NCBI RefSeq assembly: GCF_009834535.1
Contig: NC_045697.1
Coordinates: forward strand, 48,052,001 to 48,116,000
Direction: 5' to 3'
DNA from: Camelus ferus
Taxonomy: Eukaryota
DNA: 64,000 nucleotides
The notes under the pieces were generated by a model. The model was not told the DNA's origin. It was given only the letters and a program-made list of their open reading frames with translations, and searched no databases. Below are positions 37,900 through 51,200 of this stretch, in pieces. Both the position numbers and the translations under genes were made by a program. Positions within the stretch are counted from its first letter, which is position 1, and every line of letters begins with the position of its first letter.

Positions 37900-40450
37900 C
37901 ATGAAATGATTCTCTCAAAACGCAGACACCAAGATGAGGGCTCATATGCTGGTAGTTTATTTGGAGAAGTGATTCCAAGAAAGGTGAGTAGGGGACTAGA
38001 AAGAATGAAACAGGGAAGGAGGGCAAGCAAAGTCAAGGATACATGATTGATCTGTCACCGCTGTGGGCAACTGGGACATAAATCTGCCACTGACCATCTG
38101 AGGAGCTGAATGGAATGCACCTCAAAATTGTCTTCATGAGGAATAGGAGAGGAGAGAATTTGCTTTACGGGTTCCTATCTCCCATGCAGGAAGTGTTACT
38201 CCACAGGTGCTAATTCCTTTTCCTATCCATGTTTGTTCACCTATCAAATCCACTATGCAGGTTCCTGCAAGTATCCTATACAATAATAGTGGAGAGATAG
38301 GGTGGGAGTGGTGCAGAAAGCAAGAGATTTGGTGGAGCTGAGACAAAGTGCTACTATTACATTTCTTTGCAACTAGTTGCCAGCGCACTGGTGATAAGGA
38401 AATGAGAGGATGTGAGGCGGAGCACAAGAGGAGTGCTCTAGCACAGTGTACCCCTTATGCCAGTGAGATCTGTTTGGACACATTGTTAAATCCATTTCAT
38501 CACTGCCTTCTAGGTCAAGACAGGCTGTGACCTCAGCAAAACGGGACTAGAGGAACAAGTTTCACTCCACTGCTAGAACTGGTTCTGGGGCTACAGTTAA
38601 TATACACACACCATCTTTCATCATGCATTCCAGATTTTATTTAGCTTTGCACCACTACATAGGTGGGTCTAGGTTGCTTCCCTAATGTTGGGTGACCCAT
38701 ACCTTCATCCCAACAAGATGTTATATGGCTACTGGGCTGTAAGTGGCTGAATTTGCCAACTCATCCCGGGGCATGAAAGAATCAAGAGCCGCCCAGTGAA
38801 TCTCTTGGGTTCGAGACATGCTTCTTCCTGCCTCCCGCTGTGTAGCAGCACCCCTACTTTCTTATGGCAATACGATGAATCTCTGCTTGCACACTAGCAT
38901 TGTGAGCCCCAAGTGACCCCTTCCTGGGAGCAGCCTACATCCAGTGCCCAGGCAACATGTGCGTATAAAAGCCCAGTCTCAGTCTACCTCAGCAATTCTG
39001 AAGGGTCTTCCCATCTTTGAAGTTTCTCAGGGTTCCTTGGTTAAGACTGCATTGTAACCCAGCTGCTCCCTTGGTCCATTTCTGATTTCTTTCACAGGGT
39101 TTGATTCTGAGAGCACTTGCTAAACTAATAAGCTTCCTGCACAGTAATCTCCATCTCAGAGTATGCTTCCCAAGGAACACGACCTGCCGTACCAATTTCA
39201 AGGAGTCATGCCAGAAGCATATGGAGAATGCCTCCAGGACTCCTTGCTAATACTTCAAATCTTGAACCACTAGAGAGTGCCACTGTGTCAATCAGTTGTT
39301 CCTATGCAGTCTTACTCAGGGCTCTCTGGTCCAATACTTTATGATCTGCTTTCACATGTTTTTCTGGTTCCTGGTCATAATGTTAGCCCAGGTCTTAGAA
39401 TTCTTTGGGAGAGCTGTTTTCTTCTGGTGTATTTATTCCTCTACTCAGACTGCTGTGATGTCATCACAGTTATTGATCAAAGTTCAAAGAGAGGAGGCAT
39501 GTGTAGATCTTATGAAGGACAAGCATCGTCCTTTAAGGCACCTGCTACAAGTGAGAACTTTGCAGGTTATCTAGGCAAAGGGAGATTTTATTTCCTCTAG
39601 TAAGGGAGAGGACCCCGAGGGTTCGAGGATAGCTGGGGATTCCAGCTTCTCTAGCTTTTCTACCGACTGTCCCCATCCCAGGCTTTAGAGTCTCACTTTG
39701 AATGCACAGCCTTGAAGACTATACCTGTACTCATTGTGGCTCTGCTACTATTATGCAAATCCTGGTCCTGATCTTTAGCATAGCTTGCTCCATGGCTGCT
39801 GAAATAATGGTCATTAAACACTGCCCTGAATGTATCTCACTTTCACAGCTTATCTTGAGTTATAGTTGGCTAATCTGAACCTGTCTTTTTCTTTTTTCAA
39901 GGTGTCTAAAGTCAGTTTTGAGAACCAGACAACCCCCCCAATCCTTACTTATACTTACCATTGCATCAAACTGCTACTGCTTCCCATGGAAGCCAATACT
40001 TCCCTTTCTCCCCTTTCTCCTGCACTTCAAATCCACCACCAGTGGAAGTGTCAACCAGCAATGGAGTGATTAGAGAGTGATTCGGGTCCAGAATCTCATC
40101 TTGAGCATTTGCTTTCTTGGGCTACTTCTGGTAATGGCTGTCTTAGCCTGAGTTTCACAAAGGGCAGAGCCTGAGAGATCTTCCTGGTATGTAGTTGATT
40201 TGGGGATGTGATCTAAATGAAAATGAGTGGGGACTGTGAAGAGTCAAACAGGGAAGGAGGAGGACAAGCTAATTCATTGGTGAGTTCTTGAGCTGATCAC
40301 TTCTGTGATCCCACCAGGAACCCTCTGAGGAGCCTCTAAAATGCACCTGAGAAGGTCCACCTGAGGAGTGGAAGAGAAGATTTATCCAATGGCTCCTAGA
40401 CCCCCTTGGTCAAAGTTATGTACCTGAATGTTAACTCTCTCGTGCACTCA
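37900..40450 (-). mobile_element. Internally deleted ERVL-class provirus remnant with two LTR16-like LTRs (~37900-38450, ~40140-40450)
   Basis: Both ends share gtagttNattt(g)gg...gtgat...gtgggNgact...aacagggaaggagg...ctgaggagc in the same orientation; ctacttctggtaatggc|tgtcttag junction at ~40120-40146. Confidence 0.55.
38985..39190 (+). mobile_element. LTR33-like fragment
   Basis: aataagcttcctgcacagtaatctccatctcagagtatgcttcccaaggaacac LTR 3' end. Confidence 0.55.
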
Positions 40451-41289
40451 GGCTTAGCTTTTATCTTCAAATATGACATGATAAGGGATCTTAAACTTCT
40501 GTTGAAGCAAATCAGGGGAATATACTTAAAATTACAACAGCAAATTATAAAGTTCTTATTAAAATAAATTAAATACAGTACTGTGTTTTCTAAGCATGTT
40601 GTATATACTTGTATTCCTTTCTTATTTGTGGCTCGTGGCAAATATGTGAATTAATATAAAAACTAGAATTTACTGTTATATGGTTTACCATGTACCAAGT
40701 ACTGTTTATGTGCTTTATGTACATTAATTTATTTATTTACAACAATTCCATAAAACATGTTCTGTAATTCTCTTAATTTTCCAGGTGAGGAAACTGAGAC
40801 CCAGAGAGGTAAGTAATCCAATAGCTCTGTGATCTTGGTGCAGGAAACAGGAAAGCGCTCTGCGGCAGTTCCAGGCTAGAGTGCAAGTGGCCCTTCCCGT
40901 CGGGCCACAGGGCCCTGCGGACCTGTGGTGTCAGAGGTCCAGCTGCTATTTCACAACAGGAGTGGGAAGGAATGTATTTGGCCCCCAGGAGTATACTTGG
41001 GGAATTCTCAGTATTCTCTTGCCCCATTTTGCTGTTAAATTGGCCTGAAACCATGGCCTAGAACCAGGTTCTAGGTCAGCCATCAAGACCAGCAGAGGAT
41101 GAGAGGTAGCTGAGGGCGAGTGGATCGTGCAGGAGGCAGCTGACGAGTGTCACTTGTGGTCCCAGAACAGCTGCAACAGAAAAGGCTGTAGTTCATCTCA
41201 CTAACCTTTCCCTTGTAAGATTCGGTGGGGGGCAGGATGGAGGTGGTTTCAGAATGTATTATACAAAGCAAGTGGCTCTGAGTGGCCCC

Positions 41290-41690
41290 CGGGAACGTTG
41301 TGGTGTACGGCTCTGATTCCCCTCTCCAGAACCGAGACACTCCTTTTCTCATCTGCTGGGAGTGGACTCTCCACTGAGATGCCCTCCCTGATAATTACCC
41401 TGGGCTGAGGAGGGAAAGCTGCTTTGCCCAACGTCATGCCAGTGCCAGGAGGGGACACCTGTCTGCAGCCAATGCCTGGCAAATGTGGGGTTATTAAGAC
41501 TTAGCACACTCACATCAATGTATGCTAATTCCGAAGGGACATGCCAGCTCCAGAGCCCCCATGGGAGCGACTAAGGCCTTTGTTGTGACTGCATTGCTTC
41601 CTTCACTTCCCAAATTTGGTCCTGAGCATGCTCCAGAAAACTTCCTGAATGCCAGTTTCTATCTCAAAATTCATTTCCTGGGGTATCCAC
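41290..41690 (+). mobile_element. LTR33-like LTR
   Basis: gctgctttgcccaacgtcatgcc...ccagctccagagcccccatggg...gactgcattgc...ctcaaaattcatttcctgggg. Confidence 0.55.
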
Positions 41691-41959
41691 GTTTGTAGGT
41701 ATTATAGGGGGTGCTCTTGAAATTATAGAAATCTCATTACCAAAAACTGTAGTACATGGCATATAAGATAAATTCCTAATATGTATGTGTGTGTCTGTGT
41801 ATTTCATAAATATATACCAATCACTTAAAGCTCTACAAAACATAGGAGTAAATATGTAGGCCTTAGTTAAAAGGTCAGTGTAGGTCAAATGTTGTCATTT
41901 ACGGGGATTTTTGATGTCTCCATGTGGATTAGGTTTAGTTGCATCTTTAATAAAGGATT

Positions 41960-42487
41960 GTATGAGTCAGGAGTCAGTTGAAAAAAACCAGAAACTGTTC
42001 TATTTCAATCAAGATGAATATAGGGAGTGAGTTAAACAGGAGAGGGAAAAATCAAGTCAGAATGAGTGGTGAGGTAAACCAGAGATTAGCAACAACATCC
42101 AACAGCCACTGTAACCTTTAAGCCATGGAAATCAGCAGGAGTTGCAGTTAACAGATCCAAGAAAGTGGGTCTACCTACCAGGAGCTAGAACCATGGCAGG
42201 GGCTGCCTGCAGGAGGTGTCATCACAAAGGGAGGGATTGTCTTTTGCAGGCTGGGATCACAAAGAAGACTCAGAGTCCGCTGGAAATGCTATCTATAGCA
42301 GTAAAAGGAAAATACCATGACTTTACCTCCCCTCTTTCCTCCAGTTTTCCACCGTGTCTCTCATTGGCTGAACCTAACCAGAAGTGATTGGCAAAGAAGG
42401 TTGGGAAATAGTGCATCCTATGGTACATTTAGAATAGAGGAGTGGTGGGGAATGCGTGCGGGAGCACACACGAAAATCATTAGCACA
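41960..42487 (-). mobile_element. ERVL-class solo LTR
   Basis: tgtatgagtcagg ... ctcattggctgaacctaaccagaag ... tagcaca termini. Confidence 0.5.
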
Positions 42488-42574
42488 CACTGCTATTTTC
42501 ACTACTCAGCATCCATTCTCATGCTTCTAACCGTTTTATTTTCTTTTTAAGAATCACCATCTTTTTTGCACCAT

Positions 42575-45475
42575 CTTTTATTGTATGGTAAAAAAAAAAC
42601 ACATCATAAAACGTACTGTCTTAACCACTTTTAAGTGTTCAGTTCAGTAAGTATTAAGTATATTTACATTCTTGTGCATCAACAAATTTCTCAAGCTTTT
42701 TCATCCTGCAAAATTGAAACTCTATACCCATTGAATAGCAACTCACCAGTTTCCGCTCCCCAAACCCTGTGGCCACCACCATTCTACATTCTGTTCCTAA
42801 GAATTTGGATACTTTAGATACATCATATGAGTGGAATACAGTGTTTATCTTTTTGTGACTAGTTTATTTCACTTAGTATAATGTCAAGTTTCACCTATGT
42901 TGTAGCATGTTGAATTTCCTTCTTTTTAAAGGCTGAATAATATTCCATTGTGTGTATATACCACATTTTGCTCATCCATTCATCTGTTCATGGACACTTG
43001 GGTTGCTTCCACATTTTAGCAATTGCTATGAACATGGCTGTACAAGTATCTCCTTGAGAGCCTGCTTTCAATTCTTTTGGGTCTATATTCAGAAGTGGAA
43101 TTGCTGAATTATATGATAATTCTTTTTTTAACTTTTTGAGGAACTGCCATACTATTTTTCATATTCCCACCAGTAGGCAGAAAGGTTCCTGTTTCTCCAC
43201 ATCCTCACCAATACTTGTTTTCTGCTTTTTTTTTTTCATAGTAGTCATTTTAATGGTCATAATATCTCACTGTAGTTTTGATTTTCATTTCCCTAGTTAT
43301 TAGTGATCTTGAGCTTCTTTTCATTAGCTTCCGTGGAAAAAAAAGAAGATATACAAGCAGCTATTCAAGTCTTTTGCCTACTTTTAATTAGGTAGTTTGT
43401 TTTTTTGTTACTGTGTTTCAGGAGTTCTCTATATATCCTAGATATTAATCCCTTACTAGACATGTGATTTGCAAATACTTTCTCCCATTCTGTGGACTGC
43501 CTTTTTATTCTTTTGGTAGTGTCCTCTGATGCATAAAAGTTTTTCATTTGGATGACATTCAATTCACCTACTTTTGCTTTTGTTGCCTCTGCCTTTGGTG
43601 TCTTATCTAGGAAATCATTGCCCAATGTAATATTGTAAAGATTTTGCCCTATATTTCCTTCTAAAAGTTTTGTGGCTTTAGGTTTTACATTTAGGATTCT
43701 GATCCATTTTTAGTTATTTTTCACATATGATGTAAGTAAAATCCAACTTCATTCTTTTACATTGGATGTGCAGTTTTCCCAGCACTATTTGTTGAAAAGA
43801 CTGCTTTTTTTACCATTGAATGGTCTTGGCGCCCTTGTCAAAAATCATTTGACCATTTATGGGGGAGGTTATTCCTGGACTCTATTCTGTTCCATTGGTC
43901 TTATATGTCTGTCTTTATGCCAGTACCATAGTGTTTTGATTACTGCCGCTTTTTAATAAGTTTTGAAATCAGAAATTATAAATCTTCCTGCTTTGTTCTT
44001 TTTTCCCCCAAGATTGTTTTGGCTATTTGGTGTCCCTTGAAATTCCATATAAATTTTAGAATGGGTTTTTCTATTTCTGAAAAAAAAAGTTGAGATTTTG
44101 ATAGGGATTGCATTGACTCTATAGATCACTTTTGATAATATAGACATTTTAACAATATGAAGTCTTCCAATCCATGAACATGGAATATCTTTCCATTGAT
44201 TTATGTCTTCTTGAATTTCTTTTAGCAATAGTTTGCAGTTTTCATTGCATAAGTATTTACCTAATTTACTGTTAATATTTACCGTCTCATTGTTAAGTAA
44301 ATTCTTAAGTATTTTATTTTTATGCTATTATTAAATGGAATAGTTTTCATGTTTTCAGATTGTTACTTGTGAATGTATAGAGTTGTAACTCATTTTTGTG
44401 TATTGATTTTATATTCTGTTACTTTGCTGAATTCATTTATTAGTTCTAACAGTTTGTGTGTAATCTTCAGAGTTTTCTTCATGTAAGAGTATCATCTGCA
44501 AATAGATACCGTCTGTAAATATCATCTACATATAAAGGTATCATCTTATTTCCTCCTTTCCAAGTTAGATGCCTTTTATTTCTTTTTCTTGCTTAATCTC
44601 ACTGACTGGAACTTCCATTACTATGCTGAATAGAAGTGGTGAATGTGGGCGTCCCTCCCTTGTTCCTGATTTTTAAAGGAAAAGCCATACTTTCCTATTT
44701 ATTTGTATGGCTTTTGATTTTTTGTTGAAAACTGTGTATTTAATGTGATAATGTGGCAATTCTGGAAATCAGATATTCCCCCTTCCTAGGGTTTACTATT
44801 TCTGTTACTGTTTTTGGTTTTTCGATTGTTGTAACCTGTCTGTGTGCCAAGGATGAGCCTGAAGTGTAAACTTAAAGCCTTCTTATGCCTTTTCTGAGCC
44901 CGCATCTTTCCCTAGGCATACATAATCACCTTCTAATTTTACCTGTAAATGCAGTTGATTTTGAATGTCCTAGTCTTTATTATTTGGATCCAAAAATGAG
45001 AAAAAGAGAAAAATGAAGTGAGAGGAAGGGCACTAGCCCTTTGAATTTTCTGGAAGTCACTTCAGTCAGAGGAGGAGGGGCTTGCAACAATGAGGGGTGG
45101 TGCAGCAGCATTGTCGGCCTATTTCTTTGTCTGCACCTTTGTGAATCAGAGGCAGCAGTTGGCAGTCAGAGTCCAGAACCCTAATATTTGAAAGACTGGG
45201 TCCTTTTTGCTCACCCTGCCTCTTACAAGCTGTGTGCTGGCTGCTCCAGGAACAGGCACACAATGCCTGCCATGTGGCTGGGGGTGGGGTAACTGCTACT
45301 ATGCTAAGAGCTGACATTGACCAAAATTAATCAGACTTTCCCTTCCAGGCCTTTCCCTGGAAGTTTCAAGTATCCAATAGTTCCAGGAGACAGATTCTGC
45401 CAGAGCAATTGTTGCTTAGGTGGGGAGACAGATTCATGGTACTTTCTACTGTGCCATCTTCCTAGAATCCTTCAC
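42575..45475 (-). mobile_element. L1MB-like LINE-1: 3' UTR and ORF2 C-terminal part (to ~44690), then L1 5'-region-like sequence
   Basis: ORFs 43365..43625 and 43953..44228 (-) translate to L1 ORF2 ([43 protein letters not shown]). Confidence 0.85.
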
Positions 45476-45711
45476 TTCTAACCATTTTTAACTTCAATAT
45501 AACTACAGCCTAATGCTGCTGTATAACAGGAGTCAACTATCCTTTATCTGAATAGGCTCCTGTAGTTGTATTTCTTAATACTGTGGCAAAAGAATATCTT
45601 CTGGGCCCTTCAAGGTGAGTGTATGGTTGGGAGTGGCTCAATAGTTTGCACATTATGAACCCATTCCAAATCCTTATCTCTAGGATTCTCCAAACTCCTT
45701 TACCTATGCCT

Positions 45712-45850
45712 ATGGTCCCCAGTATGGTAGCCACTAGCCTCGCATGGTTATTGAGCACTTGAAGTGATAGTTAAAAAAATTTATTGGATTAAAATATGGG
45801 TACTAGAAAACTAGATATTACATATGTGGCTCATATTTCTGACAGCACTG
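45712..45850. mobile_element. MER3/MER33-like hAT MITE
   Basis: atggtagccactagcc..catggttattgagcacttgaa ... acatatgtggctcatatttctgacagcactg. Confidence 0.6.
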
Positions 45851-46058
45851 TTCTTCAATATGCAAAGCAAGTTCTGCCATCTCTACTTCACACCTCTTAG
45901 GCATTAGTTTACTAACCTAATAGGTGGCTAGTGCCACCCCCTGGTGCTTCAACCAACACATTTGATCCTAAATCCCAGCCAGGTGTACCCATGTCAATAA
46001 ATTCAGTCTGATTCAATCTTCGGAATTTCATTCTCCTGAATAGTCTTAGAATACATTC

Positions 46059-46365
46059 TGCTGTGGTCTGAATGACTCTGTCACTATAGAATTCATATAT
46101 TTAAATCCTAACCCCCAAAGTTCATGTTATTAGGGTGTAGTGCCTTTGGAAGGGGCTTAGGCCATGAGGGTGGATCCCTCACCAATGGCATTAGCGCATT
46201 ACAAAAAAATCTGCAGAACCCCTGTTTCTTCACTATGGGGGGACACAGCAAGAAAGTGCCAGCTATGAACCAGGAAGGGGGCCCTCACCAGAAGGTGACC
46301 ATACTGGTGCCTTGATCTTGAACTTCCAGCCTCCAGAGCTATGAGAAATCCCTGTAGTTTATAAG
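46059..46365 (+). mobile_element. MaLR LTR (MLT1A-type)
   Basis: tgctgtggtctgaatg...ccctcaccaga...ccttgatcttgaacttccagcctccagagctatgagaaat. Confidence 0.8.
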
Positions 46366-46865
46366 GGCCCTTATCTTAGCATAAAATACCTGATAGGACT
46401 ATACATTTAGGCAATGTTGCAACTTTTCCATCTAGATTATCAAGTTTTGGGCCTGATTCTCAGCTATGTCTGCTCTATGGCTATGGGGCTTACGGAATGT
46501 GGCTACTTTGCTTAAGGTTTTGCATTAAAAGTTTAAGGCATTAGGCTTATCTTTTTCCTTGTGTACACTCTTCAGGGCAGTCAGAAGCATCCATACCATC
46601 TAGTAATTCTTGTTAATCATAATTATTATCATAATGGTCAGTGCATCAGTTACTTGACCAAAGCCTTGTTATCACCTTGTATCATGTCTCATTAAACCAC
46701 AGCTTATTCAATAATTATGATGCCACCGCATGCCACAATTTACTAGTGTTCATTTATTGCCTATAAGCATATCTTCATTACATTCGTGGTCAAGCAGACA
46801 TCAAACAGTCTTAAGAGTTCCATGTTGAATATCAGCTTCCTGCCACTGTTCCTGGTACCAAGAGC

Positions 46866-47403
46866 TGTATCAGTAAGGAGCCATTCAGAAAAATAGAAAT
46901 TACTTTGGGCACTGCAAACAGAAGAAATTTAGTGCAGGGGATTGGTTACACAAGTAATGGAAGAACTAGGAACCAAATAAAAAGGTACAAAGGCAATATT
47001 GAGATAGGAAAAGCAGGAAACTGCTACCACCATTTGGGTGGATGGAGTGTAAAGGGGACAGAGTGCCACCAGGGCTCAGAAGCTGAGCCTTCTAGTGGGA
47101 GCTGGCGCCTCTTGGTGGCTGTCTTGTGAGATCTGAAATCTATTGGAATGATTAGCCCGTGGGAACTGGTGTTATGGAGGAAGAATAGCCAATGCCAGAG
47201 ATGCCTCCAAAGCAGAGAAAGAGAGGGCAGAACACTTCACCTTCTCTCTCCCACTCCCAAGTAATCCAGCAAGACTTCCTATCTGGCACACCTCCTCAGA
47301 GCCACTTATCAAGGGACCTTGGGAAATGTAAACCCTGAGATACAGGCAGAACTAGGGAAGGATGAGAATGAATCTAAGAGTAAGCAGGCAAATGACCAGC
47401 ACA
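46866..47403 (-). mobile_element. ERVL-class LTR with adjacent internal-sequence junction
   Basis: ttcctggtaccaagagc|tgtatcagt ... aatgaccagcaca. Confidence 0.5.
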
Positions 47404-48115
47404 AGAAGTATATCCCTTTCTTGTAATTATGTACACATTTGCTGCTGTAGGTGGATTCATAAAGATGATACAGCACAGACCTTACTTCAGTAAAGCTTGC
47501 AATTATATGGCTGTATTTATATGTCTCTAGTAGTAACAGCATGAATGCCAGATGAATCTTATGTATCCTAGCATTTATCTCCTGGTAGGGCTACATATAT
47601 AGATATAGATACAGATACAGACATCCTCATGCATATCATCTTATGAGAGGCATGAAATTACTTAAAGTAGCAAGCTTTTGAATAAGACTCTACCTAAGTA
47701 TTTTCCCCATATTGACTGCTTTATTCAGTATTTTTACCTGTTAATTGTGAAAATAAGGAAACCCAAACAACATACACCTTCCCTCCCGTAAGCTTGGCTT
47801 TCTTTAGTAATTTACAATTACACAGCCAAGACGATTTATCTAAATTTAGTGGACCACACATGATGTGTGAAAATGAGATACTAAACATACGGAGAGGAAA
47901 TAGAATGGAGAATCCTGCTTTGAGATATTCATTTCTGTGGAAACTTTAATCCTTATTTTTAGTATTTCCACATCTACAAAATAGTCTATGGGGGGTGGAA
48001 AGGGAACTTTTTTCTTTTGTTTTAAGAGTGTTATTCTAGATAGCAAATACTCTTGCCAAACTTTTTGCTTGCACCCTGAATATAAGTTTGTGAAATGTAT
48101 TTGTCAAAAATCATA

Positions 48116-48210
48116 GAGGGGGTGAGTATAGCTCAGTGGTAGAGTGCATGCTTAGCACAGCATGCACAAGGTCCTGGGTTCAATCCCCAGTACCTCCATT
48201 AAAAAAGAAA
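48116..48210 (+). mobile_element. tRNA-Ala-derived SINE (camelid Vic-1 type, short form)
   Basis: A box TAGCTCAGTGG 48129-48139, B box GGTTCAATCC 48177-48186, ends acctccatt plus A-tail; 5-nt duplication in the anticodon arm. Confidence 0.85.
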
Positions 48211-51200
48211 TCAGATAAGTTTGGAAAATTTACATTCTATACCGAGGTAAAAAAAAAAAGACATTTTTTTAAAATTAATTGTTTTTTATTGAGTTATAGT
48301 CAGTTTACAATGTTGTGTCAATATGTTTTGAATATGTGAATTCTCTACCCTGTGGTTCAGGCATGGACCCAGTGATCCACATAACATCTTCCTCTTTTTG
48401 CCCAGCAGATGAGGAAGGATTTGCTAGAGAGGCTGACGGCGTGAGAATGTACTACTTCTCTTACCCCTCCAGATTGGGTTTCTCCCCAACTGGCCAAGCA
48501 GTTATTTCTGAAGAGTCTTGGATGCTATCCACATGACCACATACTCACTTTTACATAGTAATGCCTCCCAGGAGAACCAAGGGGATATCTTTGGGAATCA
48601 CCAAAAAATATTTCACTTTCTAAACTCACCATCTACAAATTATGTGACACTGAATACTGGATTCAGTGTGAACATGGCAAAAGACGAATGTTTCTCCCAC
48701 TGTCCTGTTGCAGGCCAGCTTGTAGCCATGCTTTTCGGGGGGTGAAAAAAAGGCATTAAGCCATTAGGAAATGCATAGGCTAAGGGAGGGATGTGAGAGG
48801 ATACCAAAAATTAGGTTCCTTTTGCAACTTCCCATTTTTGGAGGGTGGAGTAGCTTTTTATCATCTTTGCATAGGGCCCTCAATAAAATGTTTATTAAAT
48901 AAATTCATTAAAGAAGGCTTAGAAGTATGACAGCCCTTCAAATATTTGAAAATTGTTATCATATGTGAGAGGAATTATTGAGCCTCTCTTTAATAGCCAC
49001 CCTTTGCTCTTAGTTTTCCTCCCTTTAAAGACACACAGAACAATGAATGGGAGAGTTTTAAAATTATTAGAAGTGTTTGAAAACTGACCACAAAGAGATT
49101 TCCTTGCAGCTGCTTCTGGAAACACCATAGGAGAAAATATGATTTCTGTAGACAGTCAGTCTAGACGACCACTAACTGGCCTCCCAACTCTGGCAGTTAG
49201 AATCATAGACTCTTCATTTTTCATTATTGTTCAAATAGTTATGTTTATGTTCATTAATAAAAATATCTTCAAAGTATGCAAAGAATTAAAATACAACTGA
49301 GACTGAAGGAAATATAATGGCCAATTTATTTATTTGAATAATTGAATAAGAAGCTCAACTCTTGACATAATTAAGCCTCTTTCATTCTGTGGAAAGTTCA
49401 TTTGATTCTATTACCCTCTCATCTTGAAAGAGAAGATGAAAAGGAAGGAAGGAAGGAAGGAAGAAATGGAAATAACAAATCTGACAATGAAGGAAAGGAA
49501 AATTCTTGTTCTTTGTTTCCCTGTTGGCTCACTCACTCTTTAGACCCTCTGGACCTGGAGAGAAGCAGGTTAATGGAATAGTGGGTCCAGAAGCCCAGAG
49601 GTGGTTGGCCAACTCCAGACATCAAATCAATGACCTCAGTCCTTATTTCCCTCCACCCTTCCATCACATTCACTCATGATAATCATCAATTTCTTCTGAA
49701 AAATTCCATTCTCTTGGCCTTTGTGAACCTTCAGAAGAGTTGAAAAAGACTCAGGGGAAATCACATCTCCCCTGTCTGTTCCGTTTCTTTCTCTCTTCAC
49801 TACTCTTGAATTATTCCAAGCGTCAGACCTACTTCCTTTCCTTTTCGTTATTCCACCATTCCCACCTAGATGACCCCTAATGTCTATCTCCACCCCTAGT
49901 CTCCTTCTTTGTTTTTAGTCCTCTATTTCTGATCACCTCTTTGGAAATTCTTGGATACACCTAATTTCACTATATTCCAAATTAGAATCTTTCCATCACT
50001 AGTCCTGTTCCTCCTCTTGGTTTTTCAGGTGGGGTGAGTAAAGGATTCCAGTCAAGATGGGTCTAAGGTTTGGGGAACTATGGAAAGAAAGATGTTAGTC
50101 AGACGTATGACAGGTAGGACTGGATATCTTTCTCCTCTCCATTTTATTAAGCACAAACCCATTATTACTGATTTAATTTGTAGAAAAAGTCATTGGTAAT
50201 CTCTTTATGTACTGTGCTGTTTTATAGTTTAATTTGTAAGGGACTTATATACTAAACTAAGTCTGTCAACTCTGCTTATGTTCTAGGCTCTTAAATGTCT
50301 CAAATTCAGCTTCTTTCACTTTGTAGGTATTTGGAAACTTAATCTCCACAGTTGGGAGGCAGTGTATTTGTGAGCTTGCTGTAATAGATTATGGGCAATG
50401 AAAAAATAATCAAGTGTGGGATTCATAAAAATGGAAAACTTATCAAGGCATTAATTGAACCTACACCTCCTTGAATCTCTCCTTTATATACTTCCTCCTC
50501 AAATTCCTAACCACAGTGGATGGGTTTTGTTATTGGCATATACGGAACATCTCTTTTTCTCTAATATTATCTGGGGATATTCTCTGACCTGAGTGCATTC
50601 TGCATACAAATGGAATGACTGGAAATGGCTCTTTGTCTGACAGGCTGAACTATGTTTTAAACACCTGCTGTCTAAATACATATTAAGGAAGCTCCTCCAA
50701 GTACATGCCACTGTCTATCCACGGAAATACTCAGCTGTCTGGAAGGACAAGTGTTATGTCACATGAGCTCTCAGTGTCTCTTGCCCCATCCTGAAGACAA
50801 ATATAAGAGAGAGAAATAAGAACTCCTTTCAGCATACATGCCAAAGTGCCTTATGTTACAGCTTTTAAAAGCATGTAGCATATTTATTTGTTTGCCAGAA
50901 TTAGGCAATTACTATACAAGATTCTGATCTTGTCTGAAACTGCAGTAGTGGGACTGTCATCTTCTAATGGAATTGTGTACTCATGGGCCACCAGTCTTTC
51001 TCTAGTGACAGTGCCCCATGTCTTCTCAGGGATGCAAGGAGGGGGATCTTGGTGGGAAGAACTAGGAGAAATGTGTGCTTGTTCTCCCTTCCTAGTCCCT
51101 TTATCTGTGACTTAGGAAGTGCAAAGATGAGGGTCTGGGATGACTTTGGGAGCAAATACAGTGAAGAAATGAGAGAAATGAAAGGGTTGATTTTTTTTTT

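Noticed and set aside
48116..48198. tRNA-Ala(AGC) gene
   Set aside because: A and B boxes are intact, but the anticodon arm has a 5-nt duplication, an A-tail follows instead of a T-run terminator, and a second diverged copy at 22998-23116 has TSDs. It is a SINE.
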